Positions 1 through 12,271 of a stretch of 64,000 nt of DNA are shown here, one piece after another. Position 1 is the stretch's first letter. Each line of letters opens with the position of its first letter. The DNA is from Lytechinus pictus. Lineage: Eukaryota. A program made the translations under genes and the position numbers. The DNA is taken from positions 16,120,001-16,184,000 of the forward strand of contig NW_026974140.1 in the NCBI RefSeq assembly GCF_037042905.1, written 5' to 3'. A model generated the notes under the pieces. That model ran no database searches. It was not told the origin of the DNA and saw only the letters and a program-made list of their open reading frames with translations.

Positions 1-1106
1 AAACGTTGGTTACCAATATTGAAATGCAAATATGTGGTCAATTTTATGGTGAAGAAATATTGTATACTTGTTATTTAAGTCTTTCACTTTAAAAGTCACA
101 CCAGAAGGAGCTTGCTATTTACTTTTAAAAGGTATAGTTCACAAGGAATACTATATGAAATTATGAAGGAAGCTGCATTCCAATTGTGCAAAAAAAATTA
201 ATATGAAATTGTTTTGTACATGCACTTACCAAGTACCTAATTGTTTGTATCAGACAATTTTTTGTTTGGTTTGGGGGGGGGTAGGGAGTACTTTTCCCAA
301 CCTATTGCCTAAATCTGCAACATTTTTTAAGCTTAACATTGTGATGAAGGGGATTTCCAGGGTCCCTTTTTTTAGTTTCTAGGATTCTTTTGAGCATTGC
401 CTCGCTAAAAGTAAATTCCTGGTTTTTATACCTGGTAGTAGTGTGGATGTGTGATGCAATTTTGTTTTTGGTTTACAAGTATAGATGAAAAGTGAAATTT
501 GACAGTTCTGATCAATGTTGCATGGATCTACTAAAACTGTGGGGTTTTTTTCTAATTTACAAATAGTTCAGTTTCAGTTTAGAAGCTGGAGTTTATTTTT
601 TGTTGACAGCTTAAAAAAGAAATTAGCAAAGAAAATGATTAAACAAATTATGAAGAGAATTTAAATCCGACAGATATGAACAAGCTTTGCTTGCACTGAC
701 CAGAATAGAAATCAACAAAACTACATGGCTGCATGAGATTCGGGGGAGGGGTATGTGTAGCCTAGGGGAGGAGACCCTTATTCATTTTGCCTTTTTTGAT
801 GGGAGGGGGAGGTTGGAGAAGGAAAAGGTTTAAAAAGTCGATATAAAACTGATGAATATATTATGGGTGTATAGTCAGAAAAATCCATGTGTACAGTCAA
901 TGCAATATTAAATTACTATAGGAAAACATGTAGCTGCTATGACCCCCCCCCCCCCCCGAGTAAGTAAAACATACATTTCTTATCTTTTGATAATTAAAAA
1001 TGTGAAGTATTATGAAACTTTTATGATTTTAAAAAGCCTTACATATAAGTACCAAGAAAATTATGCCTTTGAAAATCATATAGCACTGGTAAATGTTAAT
1101 GTGTAT

Positions 1107-1728
1107 TGTCAGTTACCGACAAGTAATGATAAAAATGTTCAAATCAAAGAAAGGAATTAAGAAAAAGAAAAAGTTTTTTCATTGAAATGTTCCTAGAAAC
1201 TCTGGTATACTTCCACATCAAGCTCACTTTAATGTGAAGCCCTGCACAGAAGATACAATGCAATGATTCCACACATTTGACTTCCATGTGTTATCTCTAT
1301 GGCAAATTAAGTGTAATGTCAGTTACCGTAATGTCAGTTACCAGCATGGTTGTGGAAAAATTATCATAGCCCCCAAAAGACAAAAACGAATTGTTTAATA
1401 TTTTGACACAAATTAACCTAGTAATGGAGGTATATTTACATATTCAAATTATTACTCTATCTACTCAGGGACATGAGATATTTCAATTTTAATGAACACC
1501 CTGAAATTGCATGTCCTTTTGCGTAATGTCAGTTACCGACACATTTTTGCTTGCTGATGCGTAAAAAAATGTGGTTACATAGGAAAACTTAGTATCAGAG
1601 TATACAGCAAGGTTCACTTTATCAACTCTATCAAAAGCAAACTCCCATCATTTGTTGTTTTAGAGATACACACAATGAAAGGTGTGAAAACATTGTGCTG
1701 TGTAATGTCAGTTACCGTGAAAATGCCC
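1107..1728. repeat. Probable non-autonomous DNA transposon arm with repeated GTAATGTCAGTTACC motif
   Basis: Motif at about 1107 (partial), 1313, 1328, 1523 and 1702, all in the same orientation. Ends in GAAAATGCCC; no matching left terminus seen. Confidence 0.45.
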
Positions 1729-1789
1729 ATATAGACATTCTGTGGTAAGCTCGTTATGATTGCCAATTCCCCTTCAACATTTCACCCAG

Positions 1790-1885
1790 GCTAGAGAATA
1801 CTAGGTCAAGACTGGATACAGAGCGCCGGATGTCAGAAGGAGAGGCTCTGGTCAGCGATGAGTTTACCATTGGACTTAAAAACAG
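1790..1885 (+). CDS. SPATA18: SPATA18 exon ([16 protein letters not shown]...GLKN)
   Basis: cccag acceptor, AG|gtttgt donor, phase 2/2, coiled-coil-like. Confidence 0.8.
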
Positions 1886-4800
1886 GTTTGTGATCACATT
1901 TTAAAAATTTTACATGATAAAAAAGAAATTAGGATACATACATTTATTCATGGATTCATACTGAGATACCCACCCTGGCATTTTTGTCTCACCTGCATAG
2001 CAGAGTGAGACTATAGGCGCCGCTTTTCCGACGGCGACGGCGGCGGCGGCGGCGGCGGCGGCGTCAACACCAAATCTTAACCTGAGGTTAAGTTTTTGAA
2101 ATGACAGCATAACTTAGAAAGTATATGGACCTAGTTCATGAAACTTGGCCATAAGGTTAATCAAGTATTACTGAACATCCTGCCTGAGTTTCATGTCACA
2201 TGACCAAGGTCAAAGGTCATTTAGGGTCAATGAACTTAGACCATGTTGGGGGATTCAACATCAAAATCTCAACCTAAGGTTAAGTTTTTGAAATGTCATC
2301 ATAACTTAGAAAATATATGGACCTAGTTCATGAAACTTATACATAAGGTTAATCAAGTATCACTGAACATCCTGCATGAGTTTCACGTCACATGACCAAG
2401 GTCAAAGGTCATTTAGGGTCAATGAACTTTGGCCGAATTGGGGGTATCTGTTGAATTACCATCATAACTTTGAAAGTTTATGGATCTGATTCATGAAACT
2501 TTAACATAATAGTAATCAAGTATTACTGAACATCCTGTGCAAGTTTCAGGTCACATGATCAAGGTCAAAGGTCATTTAGGGTCAATGAACTTTGGCCAAA
2601 TTGGGGTATTTGTTGAATTACAGCCATAAATTTGAAAGTGTGTTGGTCTAGTTCATAAAACTTGGACATAATAGTAATCAAGTATCACTGAACATCCTGT
2701 GCGAGTTTCAGGTCACATGATCAAGGTCAAAGGTCATGTAAGGTCAAAGAACTTTGGCCACGTTGGGGGTATTTGTTGAATTGCCATCATATCTCTATAA
2801 GTGTATTGGTCTAGTTCATAAAACGTGGAAATAAGAGTAACCAAGTATCACTGAACATCTTGTGCGAGTTATAGTAGTTTTCAAAATCAGCACTGCTGCT
2901 ATATTGAATCGCGTGATGCAGGTGAGACGGCCAGAGGCATTCCACTTGTTTATGTTTGCCTTTGGGACTCAAAAGGATTCCCTTAGATATAGACAGCTAC
3001 CTCATGTGGAATACTGTATCTGCCAAAGTAATCCAGCACTTACATGCACTACCATTTCTCAAACTTTTACAGCTGATATTACCCAGGTCATGCGATTCAT
3101 GTTTGACAGTATCAACACATTCAATATCTTACAGTTGCCTTCAGTTTATAGTAGTCTAATCACATAGAATTAACAAGTCTAGATCATGATTTGAATTATA
3201 CTCTTTCATATTGTCCGTTGATGGAGTAGACCTATAGTAAAGATGTGTGTGATAAAATAAACAAGATCTGATGACTTGCGCAAAGGAATAATCCTGGTTA
3301 TTTCATGTCAACATAGGATTGCAGCCCTTGAAGATGAACTGCGTCTGTATCGTGTCCGGGTAGGCACTGTTGATGATCATGAAATTGAAGTCAGACGTCT
3401 TAAGGATGACATCAATCTTCTCAAAGAAGAAAAGTTCATCCTGACTGGCAGGTTAGTCACTATTTGGTTTGTTTTCTGATTACATTCATAGGTTTATCAG
3501 GAAACAGAGGTATTACAAGTTTTCTCATGTTGTATGATATCTACTGTGATTATAGCATTTTGCTGATAACATGGTGTTTTGTTTTGTTGTGGCATTTCAT
3601 TTTGTTTGAAAGCAAATTACTAATGATCAACAGCTTTGACACTTCTCCTAGGGACATGGTGATGAAGATAAAAGTTGATAGTGCCCAAATACCCATTGGC
3701 ACTTATCTTCAAACCCATGTCCTTGCTTTTTCAATACCTCTGTTCTCTCACTCATTGATTTTGATTTTACTTACCAAGATCAAAGAAACGGATCATGGAA
3801 CATTATTCCCATCACAAGGATTGAATACTTTATCACCTCTTTTGGATAATAGAAGATGTATTGAATGTTAGGCACATGCCTGTAAAGACCTGATATGTGA
3901 TATAGATTCATTCTTTCATTGTCTACTTAGATTTTGTCCTTAGATTCCATGTTAATTAATCAAGAGATGCATATTTCACATTCCATTGTCATATTGCACA
4001 GGAGCGAGTATTTGGCCCCCACACCTAGTCTCTCCACCAGCCTGAAGTCTCCACGCACCTCAGCAAGTAGCGACGTAGTCCAACGTGTTCGTCAAGCTAA
4101 CCTTGTGACCCGATTCAATGATCTGTTTGCTCAGAGTCGCATGGATGCTATGGATATCTTACGCAATCACTGTGATGATCATGAGCTTAATCAGAAGATC
4201 ATTTTTACCTGTGTCCAGGTAGGTAAAGATTTTGATGAGTCCATGCACAAATAGATCCAGGATTTTAGGAAAGATGGGGCATGTGAATCTAAGAACGTAT
4301 TCTGTCACTAAAAAATATATCTCTAAAAGATTGAGTTCTCTTCACAATTTCTGGGATGCATTGAAGGGAGATGAATGTATAGGGCTCTGCCTCTCCAAAA
4401 GATTTTGCGCTTCTGTGGAGCGTTGTGGCCCAGTGGATTAGTCTTCTTACTTTGAAACAGAGGGTCGTGGGTTCGAATCCCAGCCATGGCGTAATTTCCT
4501 TCAGCAAGAAATTTATCCACATTGTGTTGCACTCATCCCAGGTAAGGGTACCCGGCAGGATTAATTCCTTGAATGCATGAGTGCTAGAATGCAGCTCGAG
4601 CTAAAGCCGGGGTAATAATAATAATAACAACACGCCTCGGAATAGAATATTTCTAGATAGATGGCGCTATATAAATGCCTATTATTGTTATTATTATTCT
4701 CTAAAGGTGGGGTGGGGGAAGGGGGCACTGTTGAGCAGAAAGGGAGGGGGTGTGAACTTACATCACTTTTCATATGCTCAAGGAACATCATCTTTTCAAA

Positions 4801-7800
4801 TGATTCCACCATATTTTTTCTCTATTTAAATCTATTCATAACTCCATGCTTGCTGATATCTAGGCCTTCTGCTTTGTCCTTTTAAACCAGTAAAATAAAA
4901 GTTCTCAATACTATGAGATCTTTCCTTATTGCTTTTCATTTCTTTTGTTTTGAGACTATAGTTATCATTTCCATAAGAATGTTTACTTTTTAAAGTCCAC
5001 ATCTGCAAAGCTTCTAGTTTATTAGACATCATATTTCTATATATTGCTATGGATATCTTACGCAATCACTGTGATGATCATGAGCTTAATCAGAAGATCA
5101 TTTTTACCTGTGTCCAGGTAGGTAAAGATTTTGATGAGTCCATGCACAAATAGATCCAGGATTTTAGGAAAGATGGGGCATGTGAATCTAAGAACGTATT
5201 CTGTCACTAAAAAATATATCTCTAAAAGATTGAGTTCTCTTCACAATTTCTGGGATGCATTGAAGGGAGATGAATGTATAGGGCTCTGCCTCTCCAAAAG
5301 ATTTTGCGCTTCTGTGGAGCGTTGTGGCCCAGTGGATTAGTCTTCTTACTTTGAAACAAAGGGTCGTGGGTTCGAATCCCAGCCATGGCGTAATTTCCTT
5401 CAGCAAGAAATTTATCCACATTGTGTTGCACTCATCCCAGGTAAGGGTACCCGGCAGGATTAATTCCTTGAATGCATGAGTGCTAGAATGCAGCTCGAGC
5501 TAAAGCCGGGGTAATAATAATAATAACAACACGCCTCGGAATAGAATATTTCTAGATAGATGGCGCTATATAAATGCCTATTATTGTTATTATTATTCTC
5601 TAAAGGTGGGGTGGGGGAAGGGGGCACTGTTGAGCAGAAAGGGAGGGGGTGTGAACTTACATCACTTTTCATATGCTCAAGGAACATCATCTTTTCAAAT
5701 GATTCCACCATATTTTTTCTCTATTTAAATCTATTCATAACTCCATGCTTGCTGATATCTAGGCCTTCTGCTTTGTCCTTTTAAACCAGTAAAATAAAAG
5801 TTCTCAATACTATGAGATCTTTCCTTATTGCTTTTCATTTCTTTTGTTTTGAGACTATAGTTATCATTTCCATAAGAATGTTTACTTTTTAAAGTCCACA
5901 TCTGCAAAGCTTCTAGTTTATTAGACATCATATTTCTATATATTATATAAATGGTGTACTTGTGAGTTCATTTGAAATCTTATATCTTTTCAGGAATGTT
6001 TCCATGCTGCTAAGATGGCTTTCCATCGTTACCGTAGCAAGGTACAGACCCTATTGGCTGACACACACACTGGACTGGAACCACTCTCAGAGGCAGTTCA
6101 GAATTACATTAATAAGAATGGAACCCTACTGGATGTACATACCATAGTCGAGGTAAATTTACTTATAATAATAATAATAATATAGAGTATTTATAAAGCG
6201 CCAAATCCACATTGATTATGTGCTCAATTATTGCAGAAATATCTTACAAAAATTGATATATTAATAGAATGATGAAGCATTATTCTTTTATGGGAATATG
6301 ATGGGGGAGGGGGGGGGCAGTTGCCCCTTCCTGAGAATTTCGAAAACTAAATTTTTTACTGAAAATTTTCACAGAATTCACCCAAAGTCTGCACAAATTT
6401 CACTTTAGAAAATTCTTAAGTACCCTCATATCAAGCTCAGTTCCTTGGTTCCCTCACATTTTATTTTCATCTCTACATTTTGTAAGTTAAAGATGTTTTT
6501 TTCCTTCCCTCCATGAATTTTTGCTTTAATATGCAGAATTTTTCCTCCTTTGAAAAAAAACTCTTCTCCATCTATTCCACAGGATGTATTGTTGGCAATG
6601 AACCGTCATCCATCTATCTCGTTCCCTGCTGAGGTGGATTTCCGTGTTTTGACTCTCTTCATACGGGAGATGGTCAAGGTTGCATGGTCAATGAGTGCTC
6701 TACCTTCTTCTCTGGACATTACTGGGGCTAGGGATGGAGAACTATTTGATGACCTCAAGTAAGTGGCAGGTTTTCTCCAGTTTATTTATCAATTTTGTCC
6801 CAATATATTTTGTACTAAGATATAATTACTTTCACATATTTCCTTTGAAGGTATAGCTCATTTTGGCTTTGTAATTTTATAAATTTGTCATATTTTGTGA
6901 CTAACTAATTTTTTATAACTGATTTATCAATTGATTACCTCACAAAGTTAATTATTGTTTATTGAAATACCTTTCGCTAAGAGACATGTATCAATAATTT
7001 TACATACTATTTGCTATTAATAGCTTATTGTTTCTCTTTCACCTTATGAATAAAGAGAAGCCTTTTTGTCCTCCACTCATTTCATCACTCCTGTGCATTT
7101 TTTGTTTGTACTTAATCACATAGGTTGAACATCTCACCAAGTATTTCAGTTATTTTTAGTTGCAAATTGATGTAGTTTTTTTTTTACTTTAAATTTATAA
7201 ATAAATGAAATCAAACACTGCTTGGTGCTGACCATTCAATCAGGGATAACAGTATCACATGTCACATTAGTCAATAGTGTGATCATTGCCTAATGGATCA
7301 GGTGGCCCATATATACAAAGCCTGTTAAAATGATAGAATTCAGAAGTCAGCAAGTCAATATTTTAATTGAAATACAAAACATTTTTTGGATAGCTTACTG
7401 ATACAAATTTATTTATTTTAGCTTCAATTTTATTCTGTATCAAATTTCTATGTTTCCTGTAGGTATCGTCGAAGCTATGACTCGGAATACTCTGCTCCAC
7501 TGGTCAGTCATTATATCTGGCCATCCTTGGTGGATGTAGCTGGACGGGTCATTCTCAAGGGTGAAGCGGTCACTCGCAGAGGTGGATCATTGGTGAGTCA
7601 ACACATTCTTTATATTGTATGAAATATATTTCAATTTAATTTTAGAGGGGTGATATCTAATCTTAATTGAAATTTGAATTACATGAATCTTCTACAAGTC
7701 ACTATTCTTTTATGGCAAGGCCAATATTGGAAACTAAAATTTCAGGATTTTGAAATTTGTCAGTTATATGTAGCATGCTTTTCTAGGAACCATTTTTGAA

Positions 7801-10800
7801 ACACATGAGCATTTCAGATTTGATAAATGTGTTGTGGTCCAAGTTTATAGTTTTGATGAACATCTATTGATTGTCACCTCTTGATTAACATCTTGATGAA
7901 TATCTATTACAGGCCAAGGGATGGTAAACAAATATTCTAGTAGAGGTTATCAACAGATTTCAACAACTACAGTACTGTAGAAACCTGTCAGTGAACTTTT
8001 CTGCTGGACTTCGTAATTCCGTATTTCATACAGTTCAGCATAATGCTTTATCTTGAAATATGATGATTGTTGATTACATATTTATTTGTATTTGTATTTG
8101 TTTATCTATTTTTTAATCAATTTATTAGTTAATTTTTTTACATGATTCTTCTTGTACATGACACACAACTAATTTGGAACAACTATTGATTATCTAGGCA
8201 TCTCCAAGACGTAGCCGAAGTCCATCAAGGGCTAGTAGCCCATCCAGGGCCAGATCTCCTAGTCCAAGACGTAACCTGAACAGTTCCTTCAGTACAACAT
8301 CAGGTAAGAAAATGATGAATTTCAATATACCTCTCACAAGGCTGGTACAGTTATGATGCAATAGTAATTAGCCAGAGCTGAATACATTAATGATCTTAAT
8401 AAACCTTTAGCAGATGAATATTTATTAGTCCTGTATTTATCATATACTTGCCCTCATACAATGTGTGCACATAGTTTAGTCTCTTGGAAATATGCCATCC
8501 ATTATATTTTATACAATACAGATTTGAAAATTACTATCTTACTGTCTGCATCCTAACAATTACAAATTTAACACTTAAAGGAGAGATTAGCAATCTCAAT
8601 GAATATCTTGTTTGAAGATGCTAATACCATGGTAGGGTTGAATCCTGCGCTTAGTGATCCATACTACAATTACCTATCCACAAGACTAAATAATCTACAT
8701 CGGTAATCCTGCTACAAATGCATTACAAATAAATGCATCTGTTAAAAAAAAAACTATATTGACTTCATGACTCTTAACTCTTGGCTATGTATCTAACTGT
8801 GTCACTGAAATTGGATATGCTCAACAGCCTAAACATTTTACAATTTACCTGAGTGTAAAAAGTGATATCTGATGTTTTCATGGCATAGATAAACAAAATA
8901 AAAATTATCAGTGCTAAATTGTTTTGTGGCCAATTTTTATGTACTAAATCTGCACCATGGTTTCTCCTTTTCATACAAGATTGGCTGTGAGTGTAGAAGA
9001 TACATCTCAAAAGATGTGTTGGTGAGAATCAGTTTGTATTTAAGTCGTTGATCAAAATATATTTTTATTTCTGATTTAGCCTAATCATGTTGAAATTTGA
9101 GGTAAGCCTTCTGTGTTCAAAGAGGGTCATTTTGTTTGACTAAATGTGATCCTTAACCTTAGAATGACCAATGAAAGTAAAACTGTTATTTTTAACATTT
9201 AGAAACCGGACAGATGGTATGGATGGGTATTTAATATTTGAAACATGCAAAAAGTAGCAAAATTACTCAGTTATTTGTCATGTATTTGGGGTAGGAATGG
9301 TATAGAATCAGGATAATAGAATTAAACTTTACTTTGCTTTAAAGTGTTTGATAAAACAAAAAATTATGTAAGTCTTTAATTTCAGCAACAGAGATAATAC
9401 TGTAGTATTCATTGCTATATGCAGATTCAGACACTGTTTATCTAATAATCTTATCACCACCTTTGATTCAACCTGTCTTGTAATGTGAATTAAAGGCAAA
9501 GGTCACATTTGTAGAAATCCCTTTTGTAAAACAAGGCTTCAACATTTTCAGGAAAATAACACATTTTCTATTCTTTCTGATATTTTCAGGGGATGTCAAG
9601 AGTATTTGAAGGGATTTTTTATTTTCAAATATAGCAAACTATGTATCACTATTAAAGGTCTAGCTCATTGGTCAGTTTGGTGCAGAGGATCATTTTGGTG
9701 CTTTTAGTGATCTTTAAATTCATGTTGAACTTTTGCTACTCTTTCCTCTTATATTATACTCTAACTGCTTTTATTTTTGGATTGTTGGATTATACTTCTA
9801 CGGCATTCTACCAGATCACTTCCAAACGAAGCATTTTTTTTTAAAAGAAATCAATGCTTCATTTAGTCAGTATGCCTAACTCATTGATCCACTTTACCTC
9901 TGTATAAAACTACACACAACCAAGCAGTTAGTATGTGTTTGCTAAATGTATTTTTTGTTTTGTTTGACAAGCATAGGTCTATAACGTACGTATGGTGGTA
10001 CAATCAGCTGTGCTTTAATTGAATTGCAAAATTTGAGTAGTAATTATACTTTATCTTGATAATTTCCATTCTGAAAGGAGTACTAGTACATGCAGTTATT
10101 TTCATGGTTCACTTTGTTTGTTTGTTTTCTTTAAACAAATTTGAGCTTTTGTACATTAACAACCAGTTTTTTGTGTGATCTATTTAATGATTAACTCCAT
10201 CATATTTATTTCTTTACAGTTGATTTGTAGTTTTTTTTTTAAGGTTTTAACTTTCATTTGAAGTTGTTTGTTAACTTTGTTATTGATCTAAAGTTCATTC
10301 TTTGTATTCATGACATGCATATTTGGTGGGATTTCTTTCATTGGAAGTCATATCCAGCTAAGAACTGGCATTGTACTCAACCAAATTCTTAAATCAGTAA
10401 AGCAAATCTACATTGTTCGTGGAATTGCCTTGCCAATTGATAATTAGCTACCCTTTAAAAGAATACTGGATAAACTGAATATTTTTGTGTTGGTCTTGTT
10501 TTAAAGATTTTGCAACTGATCAACAGCAAAAAAAAATCTGGCATTCTACATGTACAGTTGAGCCCAAAAGTTTACATACACCCATGGAATTCAGTGAAAT
10601 TTGTTCGCTTGCCAAGCATCGTAAAATTAACTATATCTTCAAAAATATAAATACTACCATGGCGAATTTGGTATCAAACGAAAGAGTGTATAAAGCTCTT
10701 TCACATGATTGGGATGCCGTTGGGATTAAAGTATATTTCAGGTGGAATTTTCTTTAAAGAATAAAAAGTAATATTCATGCCAAATGTTTCTATTGTTTGA

Positions 10801-12271
10801 TATTATATTTTCAAACATCATTTCATAGAAATATATGAATGTCAAATCTATGATTTGTATTACATTTTCTATCATGATATGTCACCACTGAAAAAAAGGT
10901 GTAATCTTAAATGCTTGTGTTGAGAACACTAGGTCAAATATGAAATGTTCTTGTCAAGGTTTTATTTCTAATTTTTTTTTAATGTTAAAGACCCTGACCG
11001 GTGTAAAAACAGTCATATATCAAAATAAAGGTAATGATTCATACAATACAAATATACCAAAAATATTACATATATCTCCTTCCATTTCTGACAAATATTA
11101 AATAAAAATCAAAGAAACTGCTCCTCCAAAGTACGCTTCGATTGAGCACCCCCACGTCGCCTGGAAATGATGACGTCACGTTGTGTCAGGAGGGTTGTGA
11201 TTCCATAGGTTTGTGTACAAAAGCATTGGGTATTTTCTTCCATTTCCATGTTATGAATCCATATTTTTTTTTCGTTTTCAGATGAAAATGGCACTCAAAA
11301 TTATTCACTGTTCAAATTGTTGTAAACCTACAACTATTCACTACCTTTTTTGTGATTTCTTTGTTTGGCTCTTATTGGGCCTAAATTGCTATGTCAGGAA
11401 AAGTTGTTATACATAATCTAAATGCAGATAGAATTGAAATCTGCGCCAAATAAGCAGGAAATAAAATATGGCAAAAACTAGTTCAAAACTGTAGATTTCA
11501 TAAATTCAAGCTTGTGGGTAAAAATATATGTGATATCCCTCTGTGATAGAAGTGAAGAGAATGAAATGCGTTATCTGGAAAGCAAAAAATCACCCAGTTT
11601 TTCTGTGTACAAACCTATGGAATCACGACGCTTCTTACACAACGTGACGTCACGGTCTCGAGGCAGGTGAAAAGCACAATAAAGCCTATTTTCTAAGCGG
11701 GGTTCGAAGCCCGATAATTGGAATATTCACAAGCAAAATACTCAGCTGGGAAGCGGTGAAAATGCATAAAGCATACCTTGCTGTATTTAGTAGCTTATAA
11801 GCTTTCGATTGGTATATAATTTATTAATTTCATTTTCGGGACCGGTCTGGATCTTTAAGGTTTTGGGGGGAAAAATTACACCTAAATATTTTTCAGCGGA
11901 TGACAAAGCAATGTGATGAGGGGGCATGACATACTCATTTGTGTGATATCAAATTCGTCATGATAGCACAAATATTTTATAAGATACAGTTAATTTATGG
12001 CAATTGTCAACTTTTCTTTGAATTTCCTGAGTGTATATAAACTTCTGGCCTCAACTGTACACGCAAAAAAATGAAAAAAATATAGTAAGATATGAACAAA
12101 CACACTCTTATGAATTTCCATTTTTGAGCAAAATTCTGAAATATTATTTTATGAAATACATGGATTTTTTTATATATTGATACAGGTTCTCGTCCGACCA
12201 GTAGCCTGTCAATGAGGAGCACCTCTCCAAGACCTAGCAGTTCACTCTCTCTCTCACTCTCTAATATTTGA
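1790..12271 (+). CDS. SPATA18: Mitochondria-eating protein (Mieap/SPATA18) orthologue, 5'-partial, 8 coding exons in window
   Basis: Exons 1790-1885, 3317-3451, 4002-4218, 5994-6152, 6583-6758, 7463-7592, 8198-8303 and 12186-12271 are all AG/GT-bounded and phase-consistent. A coiled-coil part is followed by the MIEAP domain; [25 protein letters not shown]...[11 protein letters not shown] matches the recalled vertebrate SPATA18 motif YRRSYDSDFTAPLV..VWPAL...[10 protein letters not shown] Ser/Arg/Pro-rich tail ends at TGA 12269-12271. Confidence 0.92.
1981..2950 (+). mobile_element. HINE/DINE-1/Tsp-like non-autonomous (Helentron-associated) element
   Basis: Sub-terminal inverted repeats GTCTCACCTGCA (1986-1997) and TGCAGGTGAGAC (2917-2928), 5' stem-loop, (GGC)n microsatellite, about five core repeats of 162-192 bp, T-run flanks. 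Confidence 0.8.
3317..3451 (+). CDS. SPATA18: SPATA18 exon ([11 protein letters not shown]...EKFILTG)
   Basis: catag acceptor, gttagt donor, phase 2/2, coiled coil. Confidence 0.88.
4002..4218 (+). CDS. SPATA18: SPATA18 exon (SEYLAPT...[17 protein letters not shown]...CVQ)
   Basis: cacag acceptor, gtaggt donor; start of MIEAP domain. Confidence 0.9.
4417..4698 (+). mobile_element. tRNA-derived SINE, copy 1
   Basis: A box TGGCCCAGTGG, B box GGTTCGAATCC, central CCCAGGT..GGGTACCCGG core, GCGCTATATAAAT plus (ATT)n tail. Confidence 0.88.
5316..5597 (+). mobile_element. tRNA-derived SINE, copy 2 (inside the duplication)
   Basis: Same sequence as 4417-4698 at +899. Confidence 0.88.
5994..6152 (+). 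CDS. SPATA18: SPATA18 exon ([10 protein letters not shown]...HTIVE)
   Basis: ttttcag acceptor, gtaaat donor, phase 0/0. Confidence 0.9.
6583..6758 (+). CDS. SPATA18: SPATA18 exon ([20 protein letters not shown]...FDDL)
   Basis: ccacag acceptor, gtaagt donor. Confidence 0.9.
7463..7592 (+). CDS. SPATA18: SPATA18 exon (YRRSYDSEY...[12 protein letters not shown])
   Basis: ctgtag acceptor, gtgagt donor; hallmark Mieap motif. Confidence 0.93.
8198..8303 (+). CDS. SPATA18: SPATA18 exon ([11 protein letters not shown]...STTS)
   Basis: tctag acceptor, gtaaga donor; RS/SP-rich tail as in Mieap. Confidence 0.85.
10555..12057. mobile_element. Non-autonomous Tc1/mariner-like element
   Basis: TA|CAGTTGAGCCCAAAAGTTTACATACAC ... 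GTGTATATAAACTTCTGGCCTCAACTG|TA; Tc1-type TIR with TA target duplication; no transposase. Confidence 0.85.
10989..11854. mobile_element. Kolobok-like non-autonomous element nested in the Tc1-like element
   Basis: TTAA|AGACCCTGACCGGT ... ACCGGTCTGGATCT|TTAA (12/14 TIR match, TTAA TSD); internal inverted repeat 11171-11220 / 11603-11652. Confidence 0.7.
12186..12271 (+). CDS. SPATA18: SPATA18 last coding exon ([28 protein letters not shown])
   Basis: tacag acceptor, phase 1 compatible, same Ser/Pro/Arg composition, TGA stop. Confidence 0.75.

Larger units (their letters stand above)
4146..5944 (+). repeat. Near-identical tandem duplication, 899-bp unit x2
   Basis: 4146-5044 is repeated at 5045-5943; identical ORF translations at offset 899; one substitution seen (4460 G vs 5359 A). 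Confidence 0.95.

Noticed and set aside
1107-1716. GTAATGTCAGTTACC direct repeats as a CRISPR-like array
   Set aside because: Only 15 bp, irregular spacing (0 to about 200 bp), eukaryotic intron, no cas genes; better explained as transposon sub-terminal motifs.
4417-4490. tRNA gene (also 5316-5389)
   Set aside because: A/B boxes run into a SINE core and (ATT)n tail with no poly-T terminator; this is a SINE head.
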